From: Callorhinchus milii
Taxonomy: Eukaryota
Direction: 5' to 3'
Assembly (NCBI RefSeq): GCF_018977255.1
Contig: NW_024704743.1
Span: forward strand, 558,001 to 622,000
Length of the DNA: 64,000 bases
Part shown: piece after piece, positions 1 through 14,079 of the stretch
How positions within the stretch are numbered: the first letter of the stretch is position 1
Layout of the letters: the number at the start of each line of letters is the position of its first letter
Translations under genes and position numbers: made by a program
The notes under the pieces: model-generated
What the model saw: only the letters and a program-made list of their open reading frames with translations
Told to the model about the DNA's origin: nothing
Databases searched by the model: none

Positions 1-1258
1 GGGAATAATATCTCAGGACACAGTATATAGTTTGGCGCACAACATGTGTATGTGATGGTGGAGGTTCTTATGTTCTTATAAGTGACTAATAATCTTAGAA
101 GATAAATTGGTCATTCAAGGTTACCTGTGGGATTTTGCAGTGTGTTAATTGGCTGTTGTATTTGGCTGGAAATATACGGTTATCAATGTGTCTGTGAAGC
201 ACTTTGAGATGTTACAGGTTTCTTGAGGACCTGGGTTTGAATCCTGGGTGGGGTGGGGTGGGGGGAATGGCGAAACCTTAGGCAAGTTTCCTTACTCCAC
301 ACGCCTCTGTAAATGGCAACTCGGTTGTTAGTCGATTGGGGATCACTTTCACCAATAATAATAATTAATCAATAAAATATAATAATGATCTGGTCACTCA
401 GTCTACGAATGTTTGTGGGACGCTGCTGTGCGCAATAGGCTGCCGCGTTTTGTCCACAAAATACAGTCAATTTACTATGAAGCGCTTTTCGAGACTTAAG
501 ACTCGAAGAGGCGCTATATAAAACGCAAGGATTATTATTCATACAAAATAAATCCCAACTAGCGAACCTCACCAATATTCCTTTCATACTGAGCAATGTG
601 GTAATTTTATGTTCCTTGCATCGGTTGTATTATCCAACCCCATTAACTCTCAGCCTTTGCTCCTGGCCACATCCTTGTGATTGTCAAACCACTCCAGAGA
701 CGAGCCAGTTTATCTGTAATCATCCACCGACTTACCACCAATAAATCTTGGAAACTAAAGACATTTCAAAGCTGATATGTTTTAAGTCGAGTTTTCGAAA
801 GTATCTCAATACACTGAGCCTTCTTAGCCGTTCTGAATAAAAAGTTACCCACGGCCTAAAGCGTAGCTTTGAATCTTCTCATAACTTATGTTGATTGCTC
901 TTTGGTCTGATCAGATCCATTGATAATAATGATAATAATCTTTGCATTTGATACAGCGCGTTGTCACCTCTTCGAGACGTCTCAAAGCGCTTCACAGAAC
1001 ATACTGGAAAGTGAATTGACTGTATATTTTGTGGACAGCCAATTTGCGCACAGCAGCGTCCCCACGAACAGTCGTGGATTGAGTGACCAAATTATTTTTT
1101 TAAAGGGTTTATCATCCCCAGAAAAGCTGGCGATGATAAAAAAAAAATCCACAACCCTCCCCCCCCCCCCAAAAAAAAAAATAATGGACATATTGTACCA
1201 GGGAGCATAAATCCGTAAGGCCCCAAAAATGGCAGGATGTTTGACTGAAACTATACTT

Positions 1259-1806
1259 GTGGGGACTAGTTGGGGTAAGAGCGGGGGAGTGGGGACTAGT
1301 TGGGGTAAGAGCGGGGGAGTGGGGACTAGTTGGGGTAAGAGCGGGGGAGTGGGGCTAGTTGGGGTAAGAGCGGGGAGTGGGGACTAGTTGGGTAAGAGCG
1401 GGGGAGTGGGGACTAGTTGGGGTAAGAGCGGGGAGTGGGGACTAGTTGGGGTAAGAGCGGGGGAGTGGGGACTAGTTGGGGTAAGAGCGGGGGGGGGACT
1501 AGTTGGGTAAGAGCGGGGGAGTGGGACTGGTTGGGGTAAGAGCGGGGGAGTGGGGACTAGTTGGGGTAAGAGCGGGGGAGTGGGGACTAGTTGGGGTAAG
1601 AGCGGGGGAGTGGGGACTAGTGGGGGAGTGGGTGGGGTAAGAGTGGGGGAGTGGGGACTAGTTGGGGTAAGAGCGGGGGAGTGGGGTCTGTTGGGGTAGG
1701 AGCGGGAGAGTGGGGACTAGTTGGGGTAAGAGCGGGGGAGTGGGGACTAGTTGGGGTAAGAGCGGGGGAGTGGGGACTAGTTGGGGTAAGAGACGGGAGT
1801 GGGACT
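1259..1806 (+). repeat. ~30-bp minisatellite (gtggggactagttggggtaagagcggggga), ~18 copies
   Basis: Direct tandem repeats running into a CR1-type 3' tail (1807-1873). Confidence 0.95.
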
Positions 1807-3639
1807 CCCCCGTTGGCAGCTCTTTCGAAGAGCTGGCACAGGCACGATGGGCCGAATGGCCTCCTTCTGTGCTTTATTCTCACCTGTGAGATTCTTCCTT
1901 TGCAGGGTCCAGAGTCACGGTGAGAATAAAGTTTCGCAATGATACTTAATACCTGATCTTTCCATCTAAATTATTGAAAGTGTCAGCTATCCATTTTCAG
2001 ACTTTATTCCGGGGTTTATTTATGGATACAGTCGGGGAGAACGCAGAGCTGTTTTTTTTAAAAATTATCGACGTGAATAATTTATGGATTCATAAATGAG
2101 TTTGTAAAGCAATTAGCAAGCTCTTAAATCATACAATGAATTAATGATGAAATGAATTCTTTGCAGTAGCGAAATGCAGAACGCTGGCAAAACCGCACAG
2201 TTTTTCGGGAGCAAATATTTCTCCCTGTTTGACGTGAATTGTTCATATTAATATATTAATAGAACGCGACAGCGCATTGATAAGGCATCCCAAGGCACTC
2301 TCCTCCCCCCCCCTCTCTGTGTGGGTCCCTCTACTGTGAGTCTCTCTTTATGTGTCTGTCTCTGTCCCTCTCTCAGTCTCACTATCTCTCCTCTCGGAGC
2401 TGAAACCTCTTGTGTATTGTGTACAGACTGTTTCTCCCCCCCACCCCACACCCTCACCCCGCAGAGTCCTGTTAGCATAGGAACCCGGCTGTTAGTCGAT
2501 TGACGGGTCGCTTTCCAGGGATAATAATCCCTCCAAAAAACAACAATAATTTGGTCACTTAGTCCACGACTGTTTGTGGGACACTGCTGTGCGCAACAGT
2601 CTGCCGCATTTTGCCCTGAAACACACACAGTCACTGCACCTCACAGTATGTCGTTTGAGATGTCACAAAGACGCGATAAGGCGCTGTACCTAATGCCAGG
2701 ATTATTATTACAGAAACAGGCCATTCGGCCCGTCAAGTAATAAATTTACAGCGTGGAGGGTGGGAGGGCCCATTCGTCTATTCTGGTAGTTTCCCTCATG
2801 GAGTCTCACTTCAGTCTCATTTACTTCCTCATAGCAGGGAAAGAGGAATTTCTTTTTCAAGTTACTCCACACACACTCCTCTGTTTGCCCAGCAGTCAGT
2901 AGGAACCCGGTTGTTAGTGGATTGGCGGATCGCCTTTCTGGGGGTAATAATCCCCTCAAAATAAATTAAATCAAGAAAAACAAATGTAGTTACTCAATCC
3001 ATGACTGTTCGAGGGACCCTACTGTGCGCTATTCGCCCACAAAAGTACACAGTCAATTTACTTTACAGTACATTCTATGCAGCGCTTTGCATATCAGATG
3101 CAAGGATTATTATTAATAATATGTTAAAATATATTGGAAAAAGGTCAAAGATAGCATTTCAACAATGTAGTTCTTTCCTACGGCAGTGCACCGGAGTGTC
3201 AGCCTGGATTTACGAGCTCAAGTTCTGGTACACGACTCAAACCCTTTAATCTTCTAACCTCAGATTTGCCATCACTGCCAAACGGATAATTTGTTTTGGT
3301 CAGTTCGACACATGCTCTTAAGTGTATTCCATCTGACTGAGTCTTACACATACATCTGTGTCGACTACGCACTGGAATTTCTTTGTGTCTGAAATGGATT
3401 GCACACACACACGACATTCTCCCTCGAGGTTGTTTCCCTCATTCCAGAAAGTATTAGGCGCAGGTAGAGGAGAGCCGATGGTATGCATTGGGAGAGCGTT
3501 GGGAGTCCAACCAGCTGGAACTGCAAAGCTTCTCGCCATCCAGTGGCTGCCCAATAATCCTTCAATAATAATCCTTGCCTTTGATACAGCGCCTCATCAC
3601 ATCGTCGAGACGTCTCAAAGCGCTTCACAGAATGTACGT

Positions 3640-4008
3640 GGGGTCCTGTAGATCAGTGGTTAGAGCACTAGCCTCGCAAACGAGAGGACTTGGGTTTGAT
3701 TCCCAGCCGGGTTTCCTTACTCTACACGCCTCTGTTTAACTAGCAGTAAGTAGGACTAACAAGTAGGAACCCGGTTGTTAGTCGATTGGCGTATCGCTTT
3801 TCCGGGGGTAATAACCCCTTCAAGAAAAAATAATAATTTGGTCACTCAGTCCACGACTGTTTGCGGGGACGCTGCTGTGCGCAATTGGCTGCCGCGCTTC
3901 ACCCACAAAATACACAGTCACTCCACTTTACAGTATATTCTGTGAAGCGCTTTGGGACGTCTGAATGACGTGATGAGGCACTGCATCAAATGCAAGGATT
4001 ATTATTAT
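3640..4008 (+). mobile_element. tRNA-derived SINE (family A), near full length
   Basis: tRNA-like head (A/B boxes, ctcgc-CGC-gcgag arm), a Deu-domain-like gacgctgctgtgcgcaattggctgccgcg segment, an L2-like tail (gtgaagcgcttt...aaatgcaagg) and (ATT)n. Dozens of copies or fragments occur in the window. Confidence 0.9.
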
Positions 4009-5949
4009 TTTTATTATGTGGAGGGAGTGGACAGGGCGTTAGGATAGCAGGAGGTCGCAGAGGTATGGCGGGTAGATGTTGTAGAGGGAATTGAACCTTC
4101 GATTGAATTCAATCAGCCGAGCAATGGAATCCAGTCGATGATGGGGGTGACCGGCTTATAAGACTTGGGTGCAGGAGAGGACATGAGCTGCAGAGTCCCG
4201 GATGGCCTGCAGCTGGTTATAGGGAGCTTGAAACCGACAGTAGTTCTGTTAACGGAGAACGCCAAGCACATAGTTCAGCTGAAACCAAAGCCTCACTGCC
4301 TACAGGGCTTGTTTGCACAAGTGTTTTTGTTCAGAACTGAAGTATGAAATGCCCTCGTCGAGCTCCAGTCTCACCGAGGCGGCCTGGACCCCCCCCCCCC
4401 GCCCACCGTCTGCTTCCACTTTGCTCCAGAAGCCGAACGACAGCGAGCGGTGGGTCTCAGTTAAGACGCAGTTAAACTTTCCATCTCCGGCGGGTCGACC
4501 GGCAGAGGTAAACGTGCTCGGGCCAGGTTAGCGGCACCCCCTGGCTGGTGATGGCATCACACCAGCAGACCAAAGCCTCAGTGACGCGCAGAGAAAAGTC
4601 GTGAGAGCACGGCTTCAGCTGTGGCTCGTACAAAATCCTGCGGAGTTTATCCTCTCCCGCAGCAGCTCAGCATACCTGAACCCCCCCCCCACATACACAC
4701 ACACACACACACACACACAGGCCTTGGAAACGATCCCTGTTTAATCTTGCCTCGTACTTTCTCTATCTTTATATGCTCCGTTTCTACGGTGTCCACTACT
4801 CTCTCTCTCTCTCTGTCGCACCGTCGGTGGCTGAGCCTCGCTAGAACTCACCCCCAAATCCCCGTTCCTCCCTCCTTCACACCCCATCTTCAAAACCACA
4901 TCTCTCAGGTGACGGTTCATCAGCGTGCCTCCACATCCCTCCGCGCTTTATAATCATAATAACCCACTAAATTAGTACGGGAACAGTAACGTGTGGCACC
5001 ACCACGAAGCTCTTTGCTCGGTTTCTGTAAAGCGTAATGATCCTTTGGAGGTAAACGCAGCAGTCGGTTTTCACACAGCGATGCCCCATAAACAGCCGTG
5101 AGGTGAAGCCCTGACTTTATCTGGAGGACTGTTGGACTGTCTTCTTTCTAAAGCTCTTTGAGGCGTTCATACCACGCGGAAGACATTATATAAGTGCGTT
5201 ATAAGAAGACATTATTATACTTAAGTCTTAATTTTTAATGGTATGTTGTGTGCGATATCCAGTAGAATATAACGTGTTGTTTGGGCGTTATTTGGAGAGA
5301 GCAGGGGTGCTGTGCCGTACAGGTGCGAGCAAATGGTAGCGTTAGTTGTAAAGGAAGCCGAGATTTGCAGACCAATAAGTCTGGAGCCGGCCCGTGTGTA
5401 GTCTGCTTTATTAAAGGATAAATGGCTGCTTGTTCGATGCTCAACGGGCAGAGCAGAGCAGTGCAGAGGCCGGAGAAAGTTTCCTGCAAAAACTCCTGGT
5501 TCAAAGCCACGGCTCTGGCAAGGCGCCAGGAAACAGGAATAAATCCAGACAACAAAATGGAGGGAGAGTTGAGTCGAGCAGCAAGTCTGCTGAACACGTA
5601 GAGAATTAACGAGAGCGTAAAAAAGGGGAGGGGTGGCTGACTTATCTCCAGTTTGCTCATCTGGAAGCCTCAATTAACCAAATAGGAGCGAACTCACCCG
5701 CGAGCTGCTGACGTCAGCTTTTCCAAAGGTACTTCCTTTACAATGGTGCCTTGATTTGCAGCTCACCCCTCACGGGAAACGTGTTCAATTAACTCAAGAG
5801 GCCAAGCACCTCCTTTTTCTCCCAAATGACCCGTTTTAGCTTTATTTTTACGAATCACACTCAGATTTTCCAAGTAGTTTTTTTTTTAACCCCTCTAGCC
5901 CTGTTTTGACATTTGTCTTATACATCTATATATATATATTCGTTAAAAC

Positions 5950-6230
5950 GTTTTCAGAAGGCACTTGACAGTAGCGGAACGCGACTTCTAGTCGGTGGAA
6001 TGTGACCATAGCCACGGTCGAAGGGGAAGTATTCAGGCGAGACCTGAGGGAAAGGGGAGAGGCGGAGGGATTGAGGGAGAGAGTTCCAGGGTTTCGGGGA
6101 ATAGCGGCCGCCGACGGTGGAGCGGAGGGGGTGAGGGACGAGCAGAAGGCCGGAGCTAGTTGAGCGGAGGTAGTGGGGATGGGGGGCAAACAGGTCGGAG
6201 AGGTAGGGAGGAACCCAAAAACATTGCACT
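5950..6230 (-). mobile_element. L2-clade LINE 3' fragment
   Basis: The - strand encodes PPYLSDL..YLRSTSSGLLLVPHPLRSTVGGR..WNSLPQSLR, typical of an L2/CR1 ORF2 C-terminus. Confidence 0.75.
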
Positions 6231-6419
6231 GACCCCCTGGTTCTGCAGAGAATTTTTTACATTTCTTTCCAATTCTTAAAGGGCCAGGCCGGCTGGTCAC
6301 GGGAATATACGGCAGTGCTGGGCAACGAGGTAATGATCTTCCGCTGCTATCCACACGTTTGGGTTTCAGCAACGAGCCCTGCCTCGCCATCATGCCCACC
6401 ACCTCATTTATTTTTGTCC

Positions 6420-6692
6420 AGCCGGGTGTCTGACACACGCGGAAACCCATCACCATTTCTTAAGAGTCTCCAAACCTCAGCTGAGAATTCCTGCCTCCCA
6501 CCTCCACGTGGAAATCCCAGAGATAGATTATTGGAATGGAATGCGCTCTCTCTCTCTCTCTCTCTCCCCCTGGAGGGACACCCCTCTGCTTACCTAATTC
6601 CGAGCAGTATTAGGCGCAGGTTGGCGAGAACCAAGGATTGGGGGGGGAAGCGCAGAGCGTGCGTCAGGGTAACTGCTGGAGTCTAACCAGCT
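6420..6692. repeat. Unclassified interspersed repeat (family B) with internal (CT)n
   Basis: The agtattaggcgcaggttggcgagagcc core recurs at ~3450, 12010, 37965, 43005, 54570, 59330 and 62700 in both orientations. Confidence 0.8.
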
Positions 6693-6699
6693 ATCAAGT

Positions 6700-6963
6700 C
6701 ATCGAGACGTCTCAAAGCGCTTCACAGAATTTACTGTAAAGTTTATTGACTGTATTTTGTGGGTGAAACGCAGCAGTGCAGCAGCGTCCCACAAACAGTC
6801 GTGGATTAAGTGACCAAATTACTTTTTATTTTTTTTGAATGGATTATTACCCTCGGAAAGCGATCCGCCAATCGATCAACAACCAGTTTCCTGCTCACTG
6901 CTCGGTAAACAGAGGGAATCGAACCCTGGTCCTCGCGCTGGCTCTAACCGCTCAGCTACAGGT
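6700..6963 (-). mobile_element. SINE family A copy
   Basis: Reverse-complement match to the other copies. Confidence 0.8.
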
Positions 6964-9900
6964 CTCCCGAGTCATGCAGTTTAAGAATGAAATGGATTTT
7001 TTTTTAATGCCTGAATCCCCTCAATTAAATAGAGTTGGATTAACTTTGCAGTTCCACACTGTTATGTTAGTGCTGAAATAGATGCCACGGATCAGTTGTG
7101 TCACACAGACGTGGTGTGTTTATTTCTGTCCCTATTGAAAGACACAGCATCGGAACACGTGTTTTCAAAATGCTTTATATTAATTACTGTCGTGTGTAGC
7201 CAGGGTCCCACAAACAGTGAACAACCAACTTTATCCAGAGGATTATTGGTCAGAACATTCGAAGAAACCTCTCTTTTCCGGTTGTTTAACGTCTGCCTGA
7301 AGACAGAACCTCAGCAATAATAAATCCCTGCGTTTGATGGTAGCGCCTTATCACGTCATTGAGACGTTTGAGGGCGAAATTGGCGGCCAATTACGCACAG
7401 CGGCGTCCCCACAAACAGTCGAGGTTTGAGTGACTTGACTTTGTGGGCTTTAGTGTTTCACCCGAAGCAGAACCCACCTGACACAGCGACAGCTTCCCCC
7501 CCCCACACCCCCCCAGTCTTGCCCTGGAGAGGCGGCCGAGCCTGTGAGTTGATGTGGCTTGTTCCTCTAACCTTCCTGCCCACGGATCAGATTGTTACCA
7601 AACCAGTCTGTGCTTTGTCAGCCATGCCACCAAGGAGATAGATGAGTAAAGCCTGGCTCAGTGGTAGCGCTCTCATTCTCTCTCTCTCTCGCCTCCGAGT
7701 CTGAAAGTGATGGGTTCACGCCCCACGTCGGGACTTGGAATCACGTATTTTAAGCTGACGTTCTCTCTCTCTCTCTCTGTTTCTCTCGGCGTCCTGGCCG
7801 ACAATTCTCCCAAATAAAATTGTTTATTCACTCCACGACTGTTTGTGGGACGCTGCTGTGCGTAAACTGGCTGCCGTGTTTCCCCCCCCCCCCCACAGAA
7901 TACACAGTCAGTATTTTACACGCTTCGAGACGTCTCGACGCCGTGAGATCAAACGCGAGGATTATTATTATCAATTCACCCCCCGTCATAATTCACCAAT
8001 TTCAGAGATGCTCACCGGGGTTAACGCCGGTTAATCTGCCTCAAAGCACTGTCTAAAGCGGGAATCTGTTTTTCTTTGCCTCTCGTCCTGTTTAGCTCTG
8101 CACAATTTTTCCATTAAACCAAATATTTATAATAACACATCGAGAGGAAATAGTCTTGTCTCAACTGCTCTGTCAGAGGCCATTTCCTCCCTGGTGCCCT
8201 GGGAAACTTAGGACAATTAGCTTTTGCTTATTTGCACAGTGTCATGGAATGGAACAGCGCTTTTGAGGGCCGTCGTGGTTTGAAGAACTGGGACTTTCCT
8301 TTCAGAATCCAGCGTCTGTCTCGGCCTCCGCCACCTCCCCCCCCAACACCACCACCAATAATACTAATACTAGTAATCCTTGCATTTGACACAGCGCCTT
8401 ATCACATCTCCGAGCCCTCTCAAAGCCCTTCACAGCACATGCCGTGGAGTGTAGTGACCGCATATTACGCGGGCGAAACGCGCCAGGCGGACTGCGTGCA
8501 GCAGTGACCCACAACCAGTCGTGGATCGCGTGACCGAAAAGAACGATCGTTTTTCCCTGAGGGATTACTACTCCCGGAAAAGCGATCCGTCACCAATCGA
8601 CTGCACAGCAACAGCAAAAGAATTTTTAAGAAAGAAAAACCCAAAGCTAGCGGTGGACAGAGCACAGGCGTGCTGCCGAAAATGTCTCTCTAGATGTGCG
8701 CGACTCGGAAAACCCGCCTAAAAAAACCCCAGCCTCAGAGAGAACGCCCCAGTGTGCAGTTTTCATTTCCTAAACTGCTTTGTGTGAGGGAGATTACGGA
8801 ATTAGTGCCAGTTGTGCTGAGTGGAGCCTATTTTGTTTTGTTTTGTTCGGGTCGCGGCGGTTTCCTCCGTGTCAATGTCACAGCTCCCCCAAAGGCTGAG
8901 AGGGTGGAGGCACCTTTCGCTGCAGCGCTCGCTCCTGTTCAGCTAACCGGAAGCAAATTCCACTGAACCAGTGCTTCGGGACGTCCTCCCGACGTGAACG
9001 ACGCTGTATATCAATGCAATTTGTCGTCTCGTCCCATCGGCGGCCGCACTTTCTGCCCCAAAGCTCTGGAACGCTCTCAAGAACATGAGAATTTGCTCAG
9101 CGCAAGAAGACCTCGACCCATCTAATTCGCTCTCCGCCCTCCTGGCAGTCGCTTGACACATCGTGTCCCAAACTGTGTACTGTATCGCGAGAGAATATTT
9201 TCTGGCGGAAATCTATCTTAATTTGTTAGCGATTGTGGTAACTATCACAAGCCAGCGAGCGCGGTAAGTTTCACAAGCTTCCACCACAGTAAGACACGGA
9301 CTGTTTGCGGGACGCTGCTGTGCGCAAATCGGCTGCCGCCTTTCGCCCATGTCATGTACAAGTCAATTCACTTTGCAGTATACTCTGTGAAGCGCTTCGA
9401 GACGTGTCGACGACGTGATAAGTAATCCCTGCATTTGGTACAGCGCCTTATCGCATCTCCGAGACGTCTCGAGGCGCTTCACGGATCACGCTGTGAAGTG
9501 GATTGACTGTATTTTTGCGGCGCTATGTCCGAACGCAAGGATTACGTTAATTTGAAAACTCTAATCGAGCTCTTATATAAGTCACTGAGCGGCTAAATTA
9601 GAACCATAAATTGGATTGATGTTTGTAGTTTCTAAGGTAATTTTATTAGGTGCAAGTTTCCACTGCACCACTAGCGTTTTTAGCTCATTTAAGTGGAGAG
9701 AGGGGAAGGAGAAAACTATTGGATGGAGTGTGTGAGACCGTATGGCTGGTTTATTTGCACAGAGCAGCTGGAGTCTGCTGTTAAGGCTGGTGTTTTATTG
9801 CTCGCGGGTCCTCTCAATGTGCTTCAGGCTTCCACAAGCTCCAGTCTATGCCTTTACGAGCTCCTGGAACAAAGCTGCTGTCATCAGAATGACAAGACAC

Positions 9901-10299
9901 GCGTGTGAGCGTGTCGTGTAGTTTGGGGAGTTTGATCCCGGTTTCAGGAATAATTAGTGCAGGCAAGTTCAGCCCACATGTGGAGTGTGTTGTTTCTGTG
10001 TTTAAGGCTAGGTTTAATCGAGCGAGCGTTGATGCGAATTCACAATCGCTCGATGGTCTGTATGTAGTGAGACTGGAAAGGATGTCCTTTACTCTCTTCG
10101 TGTGAGGGGCACTCAACCAGTACAATAGAGAGGGAGTGAGATAGTCCACTAGTCAGGCCCGGTCCCATTGTGGGTGTAATGTGAGGGGCTGGTTTTCATT
10201 GTGAATTTCACAATGTGTGTGTGTGTGTACGTGTTTCTTTCTCTCTCTCTCTCTCCGACTCTCACTTTCTCCCGCTTTCTCTCTACTGAGTTACACTGT

Positions 10300-10646
10300 G
10301 GAGTCCTGTAGTGGTTAGAGCACTCGTCCCGCAAGCGAGAGGATCCGGGTTCGATTCCCGGACAGGGTGAAACTTACAGCAATTTTCCTTACTCCGCACG
10401 CCTCTGTTTACCTCGGCAGTAAGTAGGAACCCTGCTGTTAGTCGATTGGCGGAAACATTAGGGGTGTTAATCCCTTTTTAAAAAAATTGGGTCACGCAAT
10501 CCGCGACTGTTTGTGGGGACGCTGCTGTGCGCAAGTGGCCGCCGCGTTTCGCCCACAAAATATACAGTCAATTCGCTTTACAGTATATCCTGTGAAGCGC
10601 TTTGAGACGTCTCGAAGACGTGTTATCAATTGCAAGGATTATTATT
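10300..10646 (+). mobile_element. SINE family A copy
   Basis: Head to (ATT)n tail. Confidence 0.9.
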
Positions 10647-12699
10647 TTTAATTAGTGGTAACTCTCTCGCCTCTCGAGTCAGAATGTTTGAGCGTAACAT
10701 TGGGTCACTGAGCGCACAGTCTAGGCTGAGGCGCCAACGAACTGCATTCTCAGAGGTGCTACCTTTCAGGTGAGATTTATAACTACCTGCTGTTCAGGTG
10801 GGCTTTACAGATCCCCTGGCACTCCTTACATGCCAGCCAACAATTCCCCACATAAAACAATCGGTCATTCACTACATGGCTGTTTGAGGTATCGCTTTGC
10901 TCAAACTGGCTTCTGCGTTGGCCTCCGATTACATTTTAATGGAGACACTCCGTGAGTGTAACACATCCCGACATGAAAAATACACTGCAAATTTAAACGT
11001 TACTATTTATTATCTTGCTCGCTTGCCTCGGTATGTGAGATACCAGGATGCTGGGGATTTGGATAAGAAACTACAATTACAGTTGCACACAGCGCGGATT
11101 CACATCGCGAGGCCCTAGATGCTGGAAAGTCAAGGGTTTGCACCCGAGCTGGGAGCTGGGATCAGGAAGGGTGGAGGGCAGTGAGGGTGACCGGAGGTGA
11201 GGTCGAAGATGAAGGGCTTGAAGGAGGCAAGGGAGGTGGGGGGGGAGTGACGCGAATGGACTTGGGATGTAGGACGCCTCAAAGCTCTTCAACGTGGTGT
11301 AGAGATTGTGCTCCGGGGGGAAAGTGAATCGCCTGAGTTTCCGATCTGCGAGGCGGGAGGTCTGAGAGCTGCCGCCAACATCAGCCAAACGTTTAGCCAG
11401 ACTCTGGATGAGGATAGATTGGGCAGAATTCCATCTGTGATATCCTCACCATCGCAGTCACATCACGTGTCACATTCTCCACCCCTCTGATTGCTAACAG
11501 GATCCATAGGAACGCCTCTTTGATTCCTTGTGAGATGGATGTCCTTTTGATCAGTGGGACACGTACCAGCGATAAGATAAAATTATCTCACAAATAAAAC
11601 CCGTTAAGGATGTTAGGGAAAGGAAATCTATTAAGGATTGAAATATTTTTCTCTCCCCCCCCCCTACCCCCACCCTCACCACCACCCAACTCTTCTCCCT
11701 CCCCCTGCCTTTGTTTTCCAGGTAATGATTCCTCCCCCCAAAAAATAAATGAATAATTTTTAATCACTCAATCCACGACTGTTTGATAAGGCACGACATC
11801 AATTGCATGGATTATTGTAAAAGTGGTGCAGACACTTAGCTGGGTGTCTGGAGACCTGCAGAACATCGCTCTGCTTAAACCTGTCCAACCGGACTGAGCG
11901 TTTACATGTACATACGCCATCTAGACACAAAAATATTCCTGTGCCTAGAAGAGCATGTGCACCTCTCTCTCTCTCTCTCTCTCTCTCCCTGTTTGCCCAG
12001 TTCCAGGGAGCATTAGGGCGCAGGTTGGCGAGAGTCGAGGTTTGGGGGATTTGTGTTACTGCCGGAGGTTTATTCAGCGGCTAAAACCGCAGCGATATTT
12101 ATAATAGCAATCCTCGCGTTCGATATCGCTCGTTTCGTATCGCGCGACGCCTCTGTGCCTTTCCCAGGGGTTATGGTGAAGCAGAGCGACTATAATTTAA
12201 AGGCAAACGTGGCAGCCAACTTGCGCACACAGAAGAGTTAGTTTTATTTGAGGGATTGTTGGCCAAGACACCGAGAGAGAGAGAGAGAGAGAGAGAAAGA
12301 CTCCTCTTTTTGAATAATGCCATGGGATCTCAATGATGTATTGGATGGCACAAACATGCTGGGCCACACATCTTGAAAGTAATTACCAGCTGTGAATGAA
12401 AGCCTGATTCTTGTGGTTTTATCACTGACTGCTCAGCTCCCATTACGAGATTACGAGCGCAAATCCTGACGAGTGGGGGTGGGGGGGGGGGTTCGAACTC
12501 ATAACTTCCTGAGGCCCGTGAGCGCTACTAACTGAGCCAAGCTGATCCACATAAATCTATTGCAATATATTATTCCTGATGTAAGTGTGTGAGTCTTACG
12601 CGGTGCTGAATTAGCTCTGTAACGCTCTCCGAGCTGCTGCCACTCACAAATCGTGGATACAATCCCGAGTCGAGTACAAGACGTAAAAACACCAACATC

Positions 12700-12965
12700 T
12701 ACACAGCGCCCTTCACCCGGGGCCAGGGTCTCGGAGCCCGACTCCGCGGCCGGGTGCCGGGAGGAGGTGACCGTAAGCGCGATCGAAGAGGAAGGCCTTC
12801 GATTGAGAGGCAGAGGGGGTGAGGGAGAGCTGCAAAGCTTCTGGGGGGGCAGTGGCTGAAAGCGTGGCCGCCGATGGTGGAGCGGAGGGGACACGGGGCA
12901 AGCAAGGGGGCTGAGCGGAGGCAGCGGGTGGAGGTAATAAGCAGGTCAGAAAGGCAAGGAGGTGC
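12700..12965 (-). mobile_element. L2-clade LINE 3' fragment
   Basis: LRSTIGGHAFSH remnant. Similar pieces at ~59345-59680 (+) and 61370-61600 (-). Confidence 0.7.
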
Positions 12966-14079
12966 CGGGACGTGAAGGTGTTTGTAGAAGCACCGATGTC
13001 TACAACTACGTCAAAGTCCATTGGATGCGTGTCAGTGTTTGCTTCTCTATCTACTTTAATCCCAATTCCTGCTCTTTCCCCCGACCATTAAATATTCCTC
13101 CTGTTTATGCGCTTATCAATTCCGTTTCAAATACCCTCAATTTGCTGTTCCACCTCGGGCCATCGCGGGCACTTTATTTTGCATTCTAATAGTTGTTCTG
13201 GGAGAAAAAAAATTATCTTTAATGTTCCTCGTTACAATCTTAAATAAGATATAGTCTGAGCAACATCTTGACGAGGGTGATTGATGAGCTGCGATATACA
13301 GCATCTTGCGAGTGTATTCGCCTCGTCCAGCCCGTCTCTTCTCCGTGTTTGGCCGGTGGGTATTTGCTGGGGTTGAATTTGCGCCGTCAAATTACTGCCT
13401 AAGAAATCAACAGAAAAATTCTCTTTAAATCTTCTGTGGAAAAAGTTGCCGATTTTGGAATATGTCTACAGTATATATATATCTATATGTATATATCAGT
13501 CGCTCAATCTATCTCAAATGTAAGGATTATTATTAAAATGAAGGTGCGATGGGTCAAATATTGCCCACATGTTCCTCTGTCCCTAAGTGTTACCAAAAGG
13601 CTAATCTCCTAAAGGAAGATCTGCAATGTAATATCCGTCCAAGTGGAGAGAGAGAGAGAGAGAGAGCAATTGTCGATTTTAAAAAAAACCCCACAAGAAT
13701 CTTACTTTAATTCCCATTCCCAGCCGGCAGCCACTTTCCGGATGTGAATTTCAAAGCTTTCCACATCGCGTTACCTATTCTTTAGAACAGTTGCTGCGTT
13801 TCCTCACTGACAACGGCTATAATGTACTTGAGAGTCGTAATATAAATCATTGCGAGAGGCTTTCCTCTGGCCCCTCTGCCCAGTACTGTGTCTTGTAGTG
13901 CTTTGTAACGCGCTGGTTGTCGACCAGAAGACACGGCTACCGTGTGACAGTCAACAACCCTCTCTCTGCTTTCATTAACACCAACTGATTTTCAACCGGC
14001 TCATTTGGAACATTATTCAAGCATTTCAGGCCGTGAGGAGTTTAGTCAAGTCTGTTAGGATTTTATATATAATACAGTA

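Noticed and set aside
4533..4546. Second CTCF-like motif (CAGCCAGGGGGTGC, - strand)
   Set aside because: Several mismatches in the core, too weak to call.
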